From an uncultured delta proteobacterium (GTDB lineage Bacteria; Myxococcota_A; Polyangia; Fen-1088): 64,000 nt of DNA. A program made the position numbers and the translations under genes. Positions within the stretch are counted from its first letter, which is position 1; every line of letters begins with the position of its first letter. The stretch lies in assembly GCA_963767925.1 (NCBI GenBank), contig CAVYGB010000002.1, positions 576,001 through 640,000 on the forward strand. Direction: 5' to 3'. The notes beneath the pieces were generated by a model that saw only the letters and a program-made list of their open reading frames with translations, had not been told where the DNA came from and searched no databases. Shown here piece by piece: positions 45,060 to 54,616 of the stretch.

Positions 45060-46325
45060 CTAAGAAGTGAGGGTCTCGGCGCAGGCGGCGGCGCGGGCCA
45101 GCAGGGAGGCGCGCTCGCGCTGGTTGCGGGTCAGGCTGGCGGCGCGCTCGAACTCGACCAGGGCCTCGTCGAAGCGGCGGAGCTTGTGCAGCAGGTCGCC
45201 GCGCACCGCCGGCAGCAGGTGGTACCCGCGCAGGGCCGGCTCGGGCGCCAGCGCGTCGACGAGGGCCAGGCCGGCGGCCGGGCCGTAGGCCATCGCCACC
45301 GCCATGGCCCGGTTGACCTCGACGACCGGCGACGGCTGGCAGCGGGCCAGCGCGGTGTAGAGGTCCGCGATCTGCGGCCAGGCGGTCTCCTCGGCGGTGC
45401 TGGCCCGGGCGTGGCAGGCGGCGATGGCCGCCTGCAAGGTGTAGGGCCCATCGGCCCCGCCGAGCGCGCGGGCCCGCTCCAGGGCGGCCAGACCCCGGCG
45501 GATGAGGAGCTGGTCCCAGGTGCCGCGGTCCTGGGCGTGCAAGGCGACGGGCTGACCGCCGGGGCCGACCCGCGCCGCCGCGCGGGAGGCCTGGAGCTCC
45601 ATCAGCGCGATCAGCCCATGCACCTCGGGCTCGGCGGGCGCGAGCTCGGCCAGCACCCGGCCGAGGCGCAGGGCCTCGCCGCACAGGCCGGGGCGCATCC
45701 AGTCGTCGCCGGCGGTGGCCGAATACCCCTCGTTGAAGACCAGGTAGACCACCTCGAGCGCCGAGGCCAGGCGGTCGGCCAGCTCGGCGCCCCGCGGGAC
45801 CGCGAAGGGGACGCCCTTGTCCGCCAGGGTCCGCTTGGCCCGCAGCAGGCGCTGGGAGATGGTCGGCTCGGGCGTCAGGTAGGCCCGGGCGATCTCGTCG
45901 GTGGTCAGGCCGCAGACCAGCCGCAGGGTGAGCGCGACGCGCGCTTCGGTGGACAGGACCGGGTGGCAGGCGGTGAACACCAGCCGCAACAGATCGTCGC
46001 CGATGTCGTCGTCCATGATGGCTTCCATGTCTGGCCCCGCTTCCTCGCCAGCGCCCTGCGCCCGACCGATCTCCTGCCAGTTGCGCTCCAGGCGCTGGCG
46101 GCGGCGAAGCTCGTCGATGGCCCGATGCTTCGCGGTCTGCATCAGCCAGGCCGCCGGGCTGTCGGGGACGCCGTCGCGTGGCCAGCGCTCGAGCGCGGTC
46201 ACCAGGGCGTCCTGGGCCAGCTCCTCGGCGCGGCCCACGTCGCGGACCAGGCGGGCCAGCCCGGCGATGAGCCGGGCCCGCTCGATGCGGAAGACGGCGT
46301 GGATGGCGGCCTGGGCCTCGCTCAT
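45060..46325 (-). CDS. ECF sigma factor with C-terminal TPR-like extension (ECF42-type)
   Basis: AEELAQDA, DDLLRLVFTACHPVL, YLVFNEGY and GPYTLQAAIAACHA; neighbours YciI/DGPF genes. Confidence 0.9.
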   Translation of the reverse strand: MSEAQAAIHAVFRIERARLIAGLARLVRDVGRAEELAQDALVTALERWPRDGVPDSPAAWLMQTAKHRAIDELRRRQRLERNWQEIGRAQGAGEEAGPDMEAIMDDDIGDDLLRLVFTACHPVLSTEARVALTLRLVCGLTTDEIARAYLTPEPTISQRLLRAKRTLADKGVPFAVPRGAELADRLASALEVVYLVFNEGYSATAGDDWMRPGLCGEALRLGRVLAELAPAEPEVHGLIALMELQASRAAARVGPGGQPVALHAQDRGTWDQLLIRRGLAALERARALGGADGPYTLQAAIAACHARASTAEETAWPQIADLYTALARCQPSPVVEVNRAMAVAMAYGPAAGLALVDALAPEPALRGYHLLPAVRGDLLHKLRRFDEALVEFERAASLTRNQRERASLLARAAACAETLTS

Positions 46326-47194
46326 GTCGGGCCGCTCCCGGGCGCGTCGAGGAAGGCCGGCACCAGGCGGGCCGAGCGCGCGACCATGCTGGGGTCGTGA
46401 TCGTATCCGGACAGCACCTCCAGCCGGGCGTCGGGGAGCAGCCGGCTCATCTCCAGGAGGTGGTCGGAGCGCACGACCCCGTATTCGCCCCCCACGACGA
46501 GGGTGGGCACCCGGATGTCGCGGAGCTGGCTCGGGCGCAGGCCGCCGTCGCTGCCGAACAGGTCCTTCACCCGGCTGACCGCCGCGCCCCACTGCCCGTC
46601 CTGGACCGCCACCCGCTGGAACTCGCGGCGAACCGGCGCCACCGCCGGGTTGCTGTCGATCCGCTCGATGGTGCGGAAGAAGGCCGGGTCGACCCCGGCC
46701 ATGTTGAAGCCGCCCGAGACGATGGCCAGCTTGCGCACGAGGCCGGGCCGGGCCCGCGCGACCTGCAGGGCGACCGAGCTGCCCATGCTGTAGCCGAACA
46801 GGTCCGCCTGCTCGATGTCGAGCTGGCGCAGCAGCTCGACCGTGTCGTCGGCCATCTGCTCGTAGGTCAGGCGCCGATCGATGTCGCCGGTGCGGCCGTG
46901 GGCCTGCTGCTCGATGGCGATCACCTGGCGGGATCCGGCCAGCGTCGACAGGATCTTGCTGAAGGTGATGTCGATGGTGGCGAGCGCGGCGTGCAGCAGC
47001 ACCAGCGGCCGGCCGCGCCCGTGGACCTCGTAGTACATCCGCAGCCCGTTGACCGAGGCGTAGCGGCCGGCGCGGGAGGGCCAGTCGCCCAGCAGCACCT
47101 CCTTTGTCTCGGCGAACGGTCCATCGAGCACCGGGCGGCGGCGGGCGGGGGCCGGGGCGGGCGGGGCGAGGGCGGGCTTGGGGTTGCGCCTCAT
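46322..47194 (-). CDS. alpha/beta hydrolase with N-terminal DGPF-motif remnant
   Basis: MYYEVHGRGRPLVLLH, QAHGRT and GYSMG nucleophile elbow; N-terminal VLDGPFAETKEV. Confidence 0.85.
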   Translation of the reverse strand: MRRNPKPALAPPAPAPARRRPVLDGPFAETKEVLLGDWPSRAGRYASVNGLRMYYEVHGRGRPLVLLHAALATIDITFSKILSTLAGSRQVIAIEQQAHGRTGDIDRRLTYEQMADDTVELLRQLDIEQADLFGYSMGSSVALQVARARPGLVRKLAIVSGGFNMAGVDPAFFRTIERIDSNPAVAPVRREFQRVAVQDGQWGAAVSRVKDLFGSDGGLRPSQLRDIRVPTLVVGGEYGVVRSDHLLEMSRLLPDARLEVLSGYDHDPSMVARSARLVPAFLDAPGSGPT

Positions 47195-47224
47195 CGGGTC
47201 ACCTCATCGGATTCGTCGTTGCGG

Positions 47225-47650
47225 TCAATGCCCGGTCCGGGCGCGCGCCTGCGCCCGGGCACGCCGCTCGGGGGTGAGGGTCTCGCCGGGGTCGTCTCCC
47301 GCCAGGACCGGGCGCAGCTCGATCTCGGTGGCGAGGTTCTCCGGGTTGGGGATCCGCCTGGCCCATTCCAGCGCCTCTTCCATCGACCGTACCTGCCACA
47401 GCCAGAAGCCCGCCACCAGGTCCCGCGACGCCTCGAACGGTCCGTCGACGGCCGTCACTTCGCCGCGCGTGCGCCCCGGCAGGTGGACCCGCGCCCCCAG
47501 CGCGCTGGGCGTCAAGCCCCCCGCGGCCAGCAGCACCCCGGATCGGGCGAGCTCCCCATTGATCGCCATCATCCCGGCGAGCACCCGCTCCGCCGGGAGC
47601 ACCCCCGCCTCGCAGTCAGCAGTGGCCTTGATCATGACCATCACGCGCAT
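47225..47650 (-). CDS. YciI/DGPF-domain protein
   Basis: MRVMVMIKAT...VDGPFEASRDLVAGFWLWQVRSMEEALEWARR...IELRP; GGAGG RBS. Confidence 0.9.
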   Translation of the reverse strand: MRVMVMIKATADCEAGVLPAERVLAGMMAINGELARSGVLLAAGGLTPSALGARVHLPGRTRGEVTAVDGPFEASRDLVAGFWLWQVRSMEEALEWARRIPNPENLATEIELRPVLAGDDPGETLTPERRARAQARARTGH

Positions 47651-48937
47651 CGCGCCTCCCGCTCTCCAGGTGTGTCTGGCAGGTCCTGCATCTGGGGACC
47701 CGACGAACAACCCATCCGGAAAACGACACCCGTCCCTACTCTTTTTCGCGTCGGGGCAGCCGGGGACAGCCGGCCCGCAGGAGCGCCGCCGGGACCGCGG
47801 CGCCGCCGGGCTCGCGATTCGCAAGCTGCGCAAACTGGTGGTTGTGGGCGCCAGCTCGGGCGTGCTGCGGGGCGGCCGCGCCGCGCTGGCCCTCGCTCGG
47901 TCCCGTGCGACACCCGCCGGGAAGGACGGACGGGCGGCTCAGTCAACACAATAGAAAAGCGACAAACTAGCTTGGGCGCAATAGATTTACGTCTCGACGC
48001 GAGGTAGTTTTATGGATAACACTCATGACTTCCCCCGTAAAGACCTCTGCTCCTGCTGACGGCCAGACTACTCAGCAGTACTGATTCATCGACCGACGAA
48101 CAATCCGAGACGTGCACGGATAGGTCAGACGATCGGAGGTTGCGCCGATATGAGCGGATCGGGAGTCGGACCGGCCAATCGTGGCCAGCTCACGAATTGA
48201 ACCCTCCCATCAGGGGCGGCCGTGTTTCAGGCGGCTGTCCCTTGCGCGACGCAGCGCAGTCCGAGTGTGGTGAGGACAGTTGCCCGGACTCGCACCGGGA
48301 CGGAGAGTGCTCCCGAGCACCTCGATCCGTTGGCGCGATCGGCTTCCGGGAGAACGCGTTGCGGGCTGGGGCCGCGGCCGGCACTCGGATCATCTGCGCG
48401 CTCCTAGGCTAGATATCCTGTTCTAGGGACGTAGCGGATCGGTCCTGTCTACGAAGCGTCTCAAGGGGCGGACGATCCTCCCGCCGGGCGTTCGTCTGAA
48501 GCGACTTCGGTCACCTCGACATACTGACTTTCGCCACGCCAGCTCGACGGAATCGTCGTCATCGTCAAGTAGCCGCGCAAGCGGGATCCACCAAAGTCAC
48601 GGCGGCGTCGCCGGCGTAGAGGAAAGAAGTTTCCTCGATCATTTCGGTCGCTGGCGCGGCCGTCGCAAGGTGGGGAGCGTCACTGTCGTCGAGGCATTGA
48701 TCACGATCAATCCACACGAGTGGCGAGCGAGGACGTACCCCAAAAGGTCCCCGAGCGGAGCTGGTTTGCCTATCGACCGGAAGACCTTCTTGTTCGTCGG
48801 GCACGAGGAAGCCGGGGACGACAGCGCCGGCCGAGCCCTGGCGAAGCCTCCACATGCCCGCCCCTCTGGGTCGTTCCTGCGTTCCGCGAGGGCCCGGGCG
48901 GTCGAACCACTCGCAAGGGGGGGGGGTAACGGACGGC

Positions 48938-50293
48938 TCAGGTGCAGCCGGGCTGGCCGCTGGTCGTGGGGCGCGGGGCGAGGATGGGGGTGGCGGCGAT
49001 CCGGCAGGTGGTGGCGGCGTTGATGCGCAGGACGCCGGCCGCTCCGCCGCCGCCGCCCCCGCCGCCGTTGCCGTTCTGTCCCCGCGCGCCTGCGCCGGGC
49101 AAGGTCGCGCCGCCGCCGCCGTTGCCGCCGTCGCCGCCGGCGGTCGATTGGCCAGCGCCGCCCGGAGCCGCGCTGGCGACGTCGGACCGGCCATCGTCGC
49201 CGGGGTCGTTGGCCGCTTCGTTGTTGTTGGCCCCGCCCTCGCCGCCGCCACCGCCGAGCGCGGTCACCTGCGCCTCCGGGCCGATGACGACCTGGTTGCC
49301 CTCGAGGAGCACGCCGCCGCCGCTGCCGCCCCCGCCGCCGCCCGCCCGCCGGGCACCGGCCCGTCCGCCGCCGCCGCTGGCGCTGATCTGCCCGTTGATG
49401 GTCAAGGTGCCGGCCGCGGAGATCTGCACCGCCCCGCCGCCGGCTCCCCCCGGACCGCCGGGCTCGGCGGCGCTGTCGCCGCCCTTGCCGCCCGCGCACC
49501 CGCCCCGCAGCGGGAGCAACATCGCCGCGCCGGCGGCCAGCGCGCCCCGGCTGCCTTTGGCGGCGCCCGCGCTGCCGTCACCGCCCTCGCCGCCCGGAGT
49601 ACCGAAGCCGGCGCCACCGCCGCCGCCGCCGTTGTCTCCCGTCCGGGCGCCGTCGCCGCCGCGGCTGCTTCCGCAGGCCGCGCCGCTGGATCCGCCGGGT
49701 CCCGGCGTCGTGCCGGCACCGCGCACGTCCACGGTGCCGTCGATGACCGCGTCGCCGAACACCGCGAACACGACCGGCCGGTCGCCCCGTATCTCCAGCT
49801 CGGCGTCCTCGGCCAGGCGGAGCTGCGCCAGGGCCAGGACGACAACACCGCCGGACACGACCGGGGTGGGCGGCGCCTGGCCACACCAGTTGCCGAACAC
49901 GTTCGAGGACGAGTCGAAGGTCGACTTGCCACAGTCCAGGGTCGTCGCGGCGCCGGGCAGGAGATCATCGGCCACGAAGTTGCTCGTCGGGTAGGGATAG
50001 GCCGGCTCCCGGGCATCGGGCATTCCAGCGTCCGGCAGCCGGGCGTCGCCCGCGGCGGCGCTGCCTTCCGGATCCGCGTCCGCCGGGGAGGGCCCGCCAT
50101 CGTCGCCCCCGACGACAACAGGAGGCCGCACCGGCGGTGGCGCCAGCGGATCGATGGAAGCGGGAGGGGAGCCCCCACCCCTTCGACCGGCGTCCGGAGG
50201 TCCCATCGGGCTCGGCACTTCGGAGCCGGCAACCCCCGAGGCGTCCAGCGAACACCCCAGCGCCAGCCAGGCAAGCAAGGTCAGCGCGCGCAC
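48938..50293 (-). CDS. glycine-rich lipoprotein
   Basis: ALGC lipobox; repeated GGGGG..GG.GG.G with GGAGGGAVQISA and GGSGGGVLLEG. Confidence 0.8.
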   Translation of the reverse strand: MRALTLLAWLALGCSLDASGVAGSEVPSPMGPPDAGRRGGGSPPASIDPLAPPPVRPPVVVGGDDGGPSPADADPEGSAAAGDARLPDAGMPDAREPAYPYPTSNFVADDLLPGAATTLDCGKSTFDSSSNVFGNWCGQAPPTPVVSGGVVVLALAQLRLAEDAELEIRGDRPVVFAVFGDAVIDGTVDVRGAGTTPGPGGSSGAACGSSRGGDGARTGDNGGGGGGAGFGTPGGEGGDGSAGAAKGSRGALAAGAAMLLPLRGGCAGGKGGDSAAEPGGPGGAGGGAVQISAAGTLTINGQISASGGGGRAGARRAGGGGGGSGGGVLLEGNQVVIGPEAQVTALGGGGGEGGANNNEAANDPGDDGRSDVASAAPGGAGQSTAGGDGGNGGGGATLPGAGARGQNGNGGGGGGGGAAGVLRINAATTCRIAATPILAPRPTTSGQPGCT

Positions 50294-50446
50294 CCCTGAT
50301 GTTTGCCACGAAACCCCCTCAGACCGCGACAGGTACGACACGCTCCCGGTCCTCCCGGGCCCGACGCGGCGCCGTCGCGACGGCGGTTGACGCGAAAACC
50401 CCCACGTTTCCGGGAACAAATCGCCGGGGCGGCCCCGGGCTCCGGA

Positions 50447-51556
50447 TCAAGGGGACTGGGGGCGGGCAGCCAGGAACGCGGCCACCCGTCTGGTCGCGTT
50501 CTGGCGCAGGTTCATGAAGAAGAGCTGGTACTCGATGGCGTGGTAGTTGCCCGCGCCGAGCAGGTGGTCGAGGATCCGGCTGGGGAGATCGCGCGCCACC
50601 GGGCCGAGCTGGGTGATGAGGAGGGTGCCGCCCCGGCACTGCGCGTCCGCGAAGCCGGGGCGCGGCCGGGGGTCGCGCTCCAGGAACACGGCACCCAGGT
50701 TCAGCGCGGCCGGCGCGACGGCGCCGTCGTTGCGCCAGGAGAGGGGGTTGCTGCAGAGGCGCTCGCGGCGATCCGGCAGGTGCATCTCGAACGCGCTCGC
50801 CACGTACCGGGGGCTCTTTGCGTTCCAGGCCACGACACAGTGGAGGTCATCGGCCGCGCCGCAGGCGGCCAGGTCGGGCGCGCGCTCGCGCAGGCCCGCC
50901 GCCGTGAGGCGCCCACCAGGCAGGTAGGCGGCGACGAGCTGGTCCCGGAGGGCCCCGCCCGAGACGACCTCGTACAGGAGCCGTTCGGCCAGCACCGTCC
51001 CCTGGCTGTGGGCGGCCAGGAGGAACGGGCGGCCGGGGCCGCGCCTCGCCTGAAAGGCGTCGAAGGCGCGCCGCACGTCCTGGAACGCCAGCTCGAAGGC
51101 GCGCTCGCCGTCGGCCGACGGCCAGGGGAACGACATCCCGTTGGCCTGGCGGTACCTCGGCGCGTACACCGCGCAGCAGCCGTTGAACGCGGCGGCCTGG
51201 ATGCCGGTGGCCACCCGGTCGGTCGCCGCGTTCAGCGAGGCGTCGTCGGTGGGCCCGTTCCAGCGCCCGCCGAGATAAGACGTCGGGTGCAGGTAGAAGA
51301 CGTCGGCGGGCGCGCGGCGCTGGTCCACGGCCGGCGCCCCCGTCGGCGACCGATCCGCCAGGTCGTCGCGCTCCGGAAGGGCGCTCCAGCTTCCGGGATC
51401 CGTGTAGTCGGGCGGCGCCGGCGGCCCCTGGGCGGCGAAGGGCCCCCGGGGCGAGCTCGCCAGTCGAACCAGCCGACCCAGGTTCAGGAACAGCGCCCCC
51501 CCGATCACGACGCCGCCGAGCCCGATCCAGCCCGCGACCCGCAGCGGTCTGCTCAC
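50447..51556 (-). CDS. DUF3089-like alpha/beta hydrolase
   Basis: DVFYLHPTSY, VYAPRYRQ, AHSQG, CSNPLSW and NYH. Confidence 0.85.
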   Translation of the reverse strand: MSRPLRVAGWIGLGGVVIGGALFLNLGRLVRLASSPRGPFAAQGPPAPPDYTDPGSWSALPERDDLADRSPTGAPAVDQRRAPADVFYLHPTSYLGGRWNGPTDDASLNAATDRVATGIQAAAFNGCCAVYAPRYRQANGMSFPWPSADGERAFELAFQDVRRAFDAFQARRGPGRPFLLAAHSQGTVLAERLLYEVVSGGALRDQLVAAYLPGGRLTAAGLRERAPDLAACGAADDLHCVVAWNAKSPRYVASAFEMHLPDRRERLCSNPLSWRNDGAVAPAALNLGAVFLERDPRPRPGFADAQCRGGTLLITQLGPVARDLPSRILDHLLGAGNYHAIEYQLFFMNLRQNATRRVAAFLAARPQSP

Positions 51557-51743
51557 GGGGCCCTCATCGAGCCCGCGCCCTTCGTCCGGGAGCCATCTCG
51601 CCGAATGTAGGCGGCCGCCGTCGAGGACGCCACCGCCATTGGCGGCGGTTCGTTTGTCAGACCGGCGGGTGGCGCCGCAAACAAGCCAGGGAGGACGGCG
51701 CGGTTGTCGCGCTGGCTCGAGGAATCAGCAAAGGAGTGGGGAC

Positions 51744-52226
51744 ATGACGAACGTGAAGATGGGGCTCTTGATCGCGGCAGTCGGATTCACGGCGGTGGCG
51801 TGCGTTCCGCCCGAGGAGGCGGGGGTCGAGGATGTGTCGGCGGCGCCGGTGGCAGCGGAGGCGGTCGAGACGACGACCCAGGCCCTCGGGTCGGAGACCT
51901 GCAAGAACGTCGACCTCTATATCCGGAACAACTTCACGGACGGGTCGCGCACGCCGACCATCCAGATCGACTGGATCGAATATCGGCTGCCGTCGGGCTG
52001 GAACCGGGAGGACCTGCCCAACGACGAGATCACCACCGGCGCCAACCACAAGTTCGACAACGAGGATCTCGGCCACGCTTACAACGACCCGCTGGAGTCG
52101 TGGAACATCCGCTTTCGCTTCCGGGAGAGCGACGGGGACTGGTCGGACTGGGACACGCAGAGCTTCAGCTACACCGGCTCGCCCACCTGTACCGACAGCC
52201 GCGTCTATTCGCTCGTCGTCGACTGA
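51744..52226 (+). CDS. lipoprotein, hypothetical
   Basis: AAGGAG RBS, AVAC lipobox, ETTTQAL linker, and a Cys-bracketed beta domain. Confidence 0.8.
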   Translation: MTNVKMGLLIAAVGFTAVACVPPEEAGVEDVSAAPVAAEAVETTTQALGSETCKNVDLYIRNNFTDGSRTPTIQIDWIEYRLPSGWNREDLPNDEITTGANHKFDNEDLGHAYNDPLESWNIRFRFRESDGDWSDWDTQSFSYTGSPTCTDSRVYSLVVD

Positions 52227-52431
52227 TCCGGACCTGCGCGCAAAGCGGCGGCGACGCCCCCTCTCCGTCCAACGGGGAGGGGGCGTCGCCCGTTTTGCGA
52301 CCGCGCGCGCGAAAGAGAGGCCCGGCGCGAACGGCGGGATCGCTGTCAGACCGCGGCCGCCCGGCGCAAACGGGTCTGGTGGAGACGGAAGGTATCCGCC
52401 TCCTTCAGACCGTAGACGAGAGGAGATCGCC

Positions 52432-53139
52432 ATGACCTCGAACCACGACCGCACCCACATCGCCACCGGCACGGACCGGCGGCCCAGCGACACCACCCAC
52501 CCCGCTGGCCGCGGCTGGCGCACGCGCCGCTGGCTCGCGCTCGGTGGGCCGGCGCTGCTGCTCGCCAGCGCCGGCCTGGCCGCCGCCGCCATCAGCAACG
52601 TCGTCGGCATGGCGGCCCAGGTCGCGCCGCCGGCGACGGTGCTGCCCGCCGCCAACCAGGGGGCCGTCATCCAGGCCTTCAACGAGCTGCAGAACGTGAT
52701 CCTCCCGGTCGACCTGCCGGTGGACGCCCGGGGCACCAACCCGCCGACGGAGCTGCGGAACGAGCAGGACCTGCGACCGGGGAAGATCCCGGCGGGCACC
52801 TGCGTGAGCAGCCACTACCTGCACTTCGACCCCGCCGCCGCCGCCGCCGTCACCGGCGGGGTGGCCTTCGATGGGCCGATCCTCGGCGTGGCGGTCATGC
52901 CCGACACGCTCGACGCCACCAACCCGCTGGGGTGGCCCTGGACGAGCTACCCGGCCGACGCGAACGCGGGTAGCTGCGCGGTGGGCGCCAACCACTGCGG
53001 CCTGGAGCTGACCGGGCAGGACCTGCTGCGGGTGGGGATCGATCGGGTCGAGCTGTCGGCCTTCGCGGCCAACCCGGGCGACCGCATCCGGGTGATCACG
53101 GCCGGCGACTGCCGGTGCAACAACCCCGGCAAACCCTGA
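52432..53139 (+). CDS. secreted hypothetical protein
   Basis: GAGGAG RBS, long signal region, FNELQNV...VSSHYLHFDP...FDGPILGV...DRIRVIT. Confidence 0.8.
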   Translation: MTSNHDRTHIATGTDRRPSDTTHPAGRGWRTRRWLALGGPALLLASAGLAAAAISNVVGMAAQVAPPATVLPAANQGAVIQAFNELQNVILPVDLPVDARGTNPPTELRNEQDLRPGKIPAGTCVSSHYLHFDPAAAAAVTGGVAFDGPILGVAVMPDTLDATNPLGWPWTSYPADANAGSCAVGANHCGLELTGQDLLRVGIDRVELSAFAANPGDRIRVITAGDCRCNNPGKP

Positions 53140-53195
53140 TGGCTTGCCTCGGGGGCGCGCGGTCGCTAGGGTCGGTCGGTGTGAGGGAACCGGGG

Positions 53196-53912
53196 ATGGG
53201 TGATGTCGGCGCCGTGGGCGCCACCGAGCGACCGCGTGCACCGGAGGCGGCTCCGGCGCCCCCCTCGCGGGCGGATCTGGAGCTGGTGACGCGCGCGCTG
53301 GCGGGAGAGGCGACGGCGATGCGCGCGCTGATCGATCGGCTGCTGCCGGTTATCCAGACGCGGGTGGGCCTGGCCCTGATGCGCCGGCGTGGCCAGGCCC
53401 GCGGCCGCGACCTGCGCGCCGAGGTGGAGGATCTGAGCCAGGAGGTGTTCCTGGCGCTGCTCGAGCGGGAGGGGCGGGTCCTGCGCGGGTGGCAACCGGA
53501 GCGTGGGCTCTCGCTCAACGGGTTCGTGGGGCTGGTGGCCGAGCGCGAGGCGGGCGCCATCCTCCGCACCGGCAAGCGCAGCCCCTTCACCGAGGACCCC
53601 ACCGCGGACGACACGCTCCACCAGCTCGGGTCGGCGGCCCCCGGCGAGCGGGCGCCGGTCAGCGAGGCGATCGAGTCCCGCGACCTGCTGGAGGTTGTCG
53701 TCGATCGCCTGCGCGAGCGGCTCAGCCCGCAGGGCTTCTGGCTGTTCCAGCTCCTGTACGTGGAGGAGCGCTCGATCGAGGAGGCCTGCGCGTCGACCGG
53801 CATGAAGGCCGACGCCCTGTACGCCTGGCGCAGCCGCATCGGCAAGCTGGCGCGCGAGGTTCGCGACGAGCTGGCCGGCGCGCCCGGCCCCGGAGAGAGA
53901 GGACCATCATGA
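53196..53912 (+). CDS. ECF-type sigma-70 factor
   Basis: DLELVTRALAG, VEDLSQEVFLALL and region-4 HTH (SIEEAC...ALYAWRSRI). Confidence 0.85.
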   Translation: MGDVGAVGATERPRAPEAAPAPPSRADLELVTRALAGEATAMRALIDRLLPVIQTRVGLALMRRRGQARGRDLRAEVEDLSQEVFLALLEREGRVLRGWQPERGLSLNGFVGLVAEREAGAILRTGKRSPFTEDPTADDTLHQLGSAAPGERAPVSEAIESRDLLEVVVDRLRERLSPQGFWLFQLLYVEERSIEEACASTGMKADALYAWRSRIGKLAREVRDELAGAPGPGERGPS

Positions 53913-54616
53913 GCAGCGACGACGAACGCCTGCTGAGCCGCATGGGGCAGGCCCTGCGCGATCGGCAGGGGCGCGAAGAGGCGGCGGCGAGCGAGGGGCT
54001 CCCGCGGGAGCTGACCGAGCCGCTGCCGGCGAGCTTCCGCGAGGCGCTGGCCGAGCGGGCGTTGCAGACCCTGGGACCGGCGCGGGCGGCGCCGGCGGTG
54101 GCCGCCCGGCCCATCGCGAGCGCCCGGCCCCGCCGCCGGTGGCTGGCGCCCTCCTTCGTGCTGGCGCTCGGGGCCGCGGCGGCCGCCTGGATGATGTGGC
54201 GGGCGCCGGCGTTGCCCGCCTACGCCCTGGCGCTCGAGGGGGGCGACGCGCCCCTGCGTGGGGCGCCGGCGGCGGCGGGACCCGGGCGCGTGACCCTGGC
54301 CCGCGATTCGCGCCTCGAGCTCGTGTTGCGTCCGGCCACCCCGGTCGAGGGGGCGGTGCAGGCGCGGATCTACCTCGCGGGCGATCCGCCGGTTCCCCTC
54401 GACGCCGCCGTGGAGGTGGCGCCCAGCGGAGCCGTGCGCTGGTCCGGCACCGCCGAGCAGCTCGTGGGGGCCCGCACCGGGGAGGTCGATCTCCTGGTGG
54501 TGGTGGGCCGCCCGGCCGCCTTGCCCGCCCCCGGCGAGCTCGCGCGGCAGCCGGAGGGCGGGCGCACCTGGCAGCGCTTCCGGGTCCCGCTGCGGGTTGT
54601 CGTCAGCGAACGATGA
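53909..54616 (+). CDS. putative single-pass anti-sigma factor
   Basis: ATGA overlap with the sigma gene; short N-terminal domain, RRRW plus TM, then a beta-rich C-terminal domain. Confidence 0.7.
   Translation: MSSDDERLLSRMGQALRDRQGREEAAASEGLPRELTEPLPASFREALAERALQTLGPARAAPAVAARPIASARPRRRWLAPSFVLALGAAAAAWMMWRAPALPAYALALEGGDAPLRGAPAAAGPGRVTLARDSRLELVLRPATPVEGAVQARIYLAGDPPVPLDAAVEVAPSGAVRWSGTAEQLVGARTGEVDLLVVVGRPAALPAPGELARQPEGGRTWQRFRVPLRVVVSER

Noticed and set aside
48565..48900. Possible small CDS downstream of the Gly-rich lipoprotein
   Set aside because: No frame has a convincing start, codon bias or motif.
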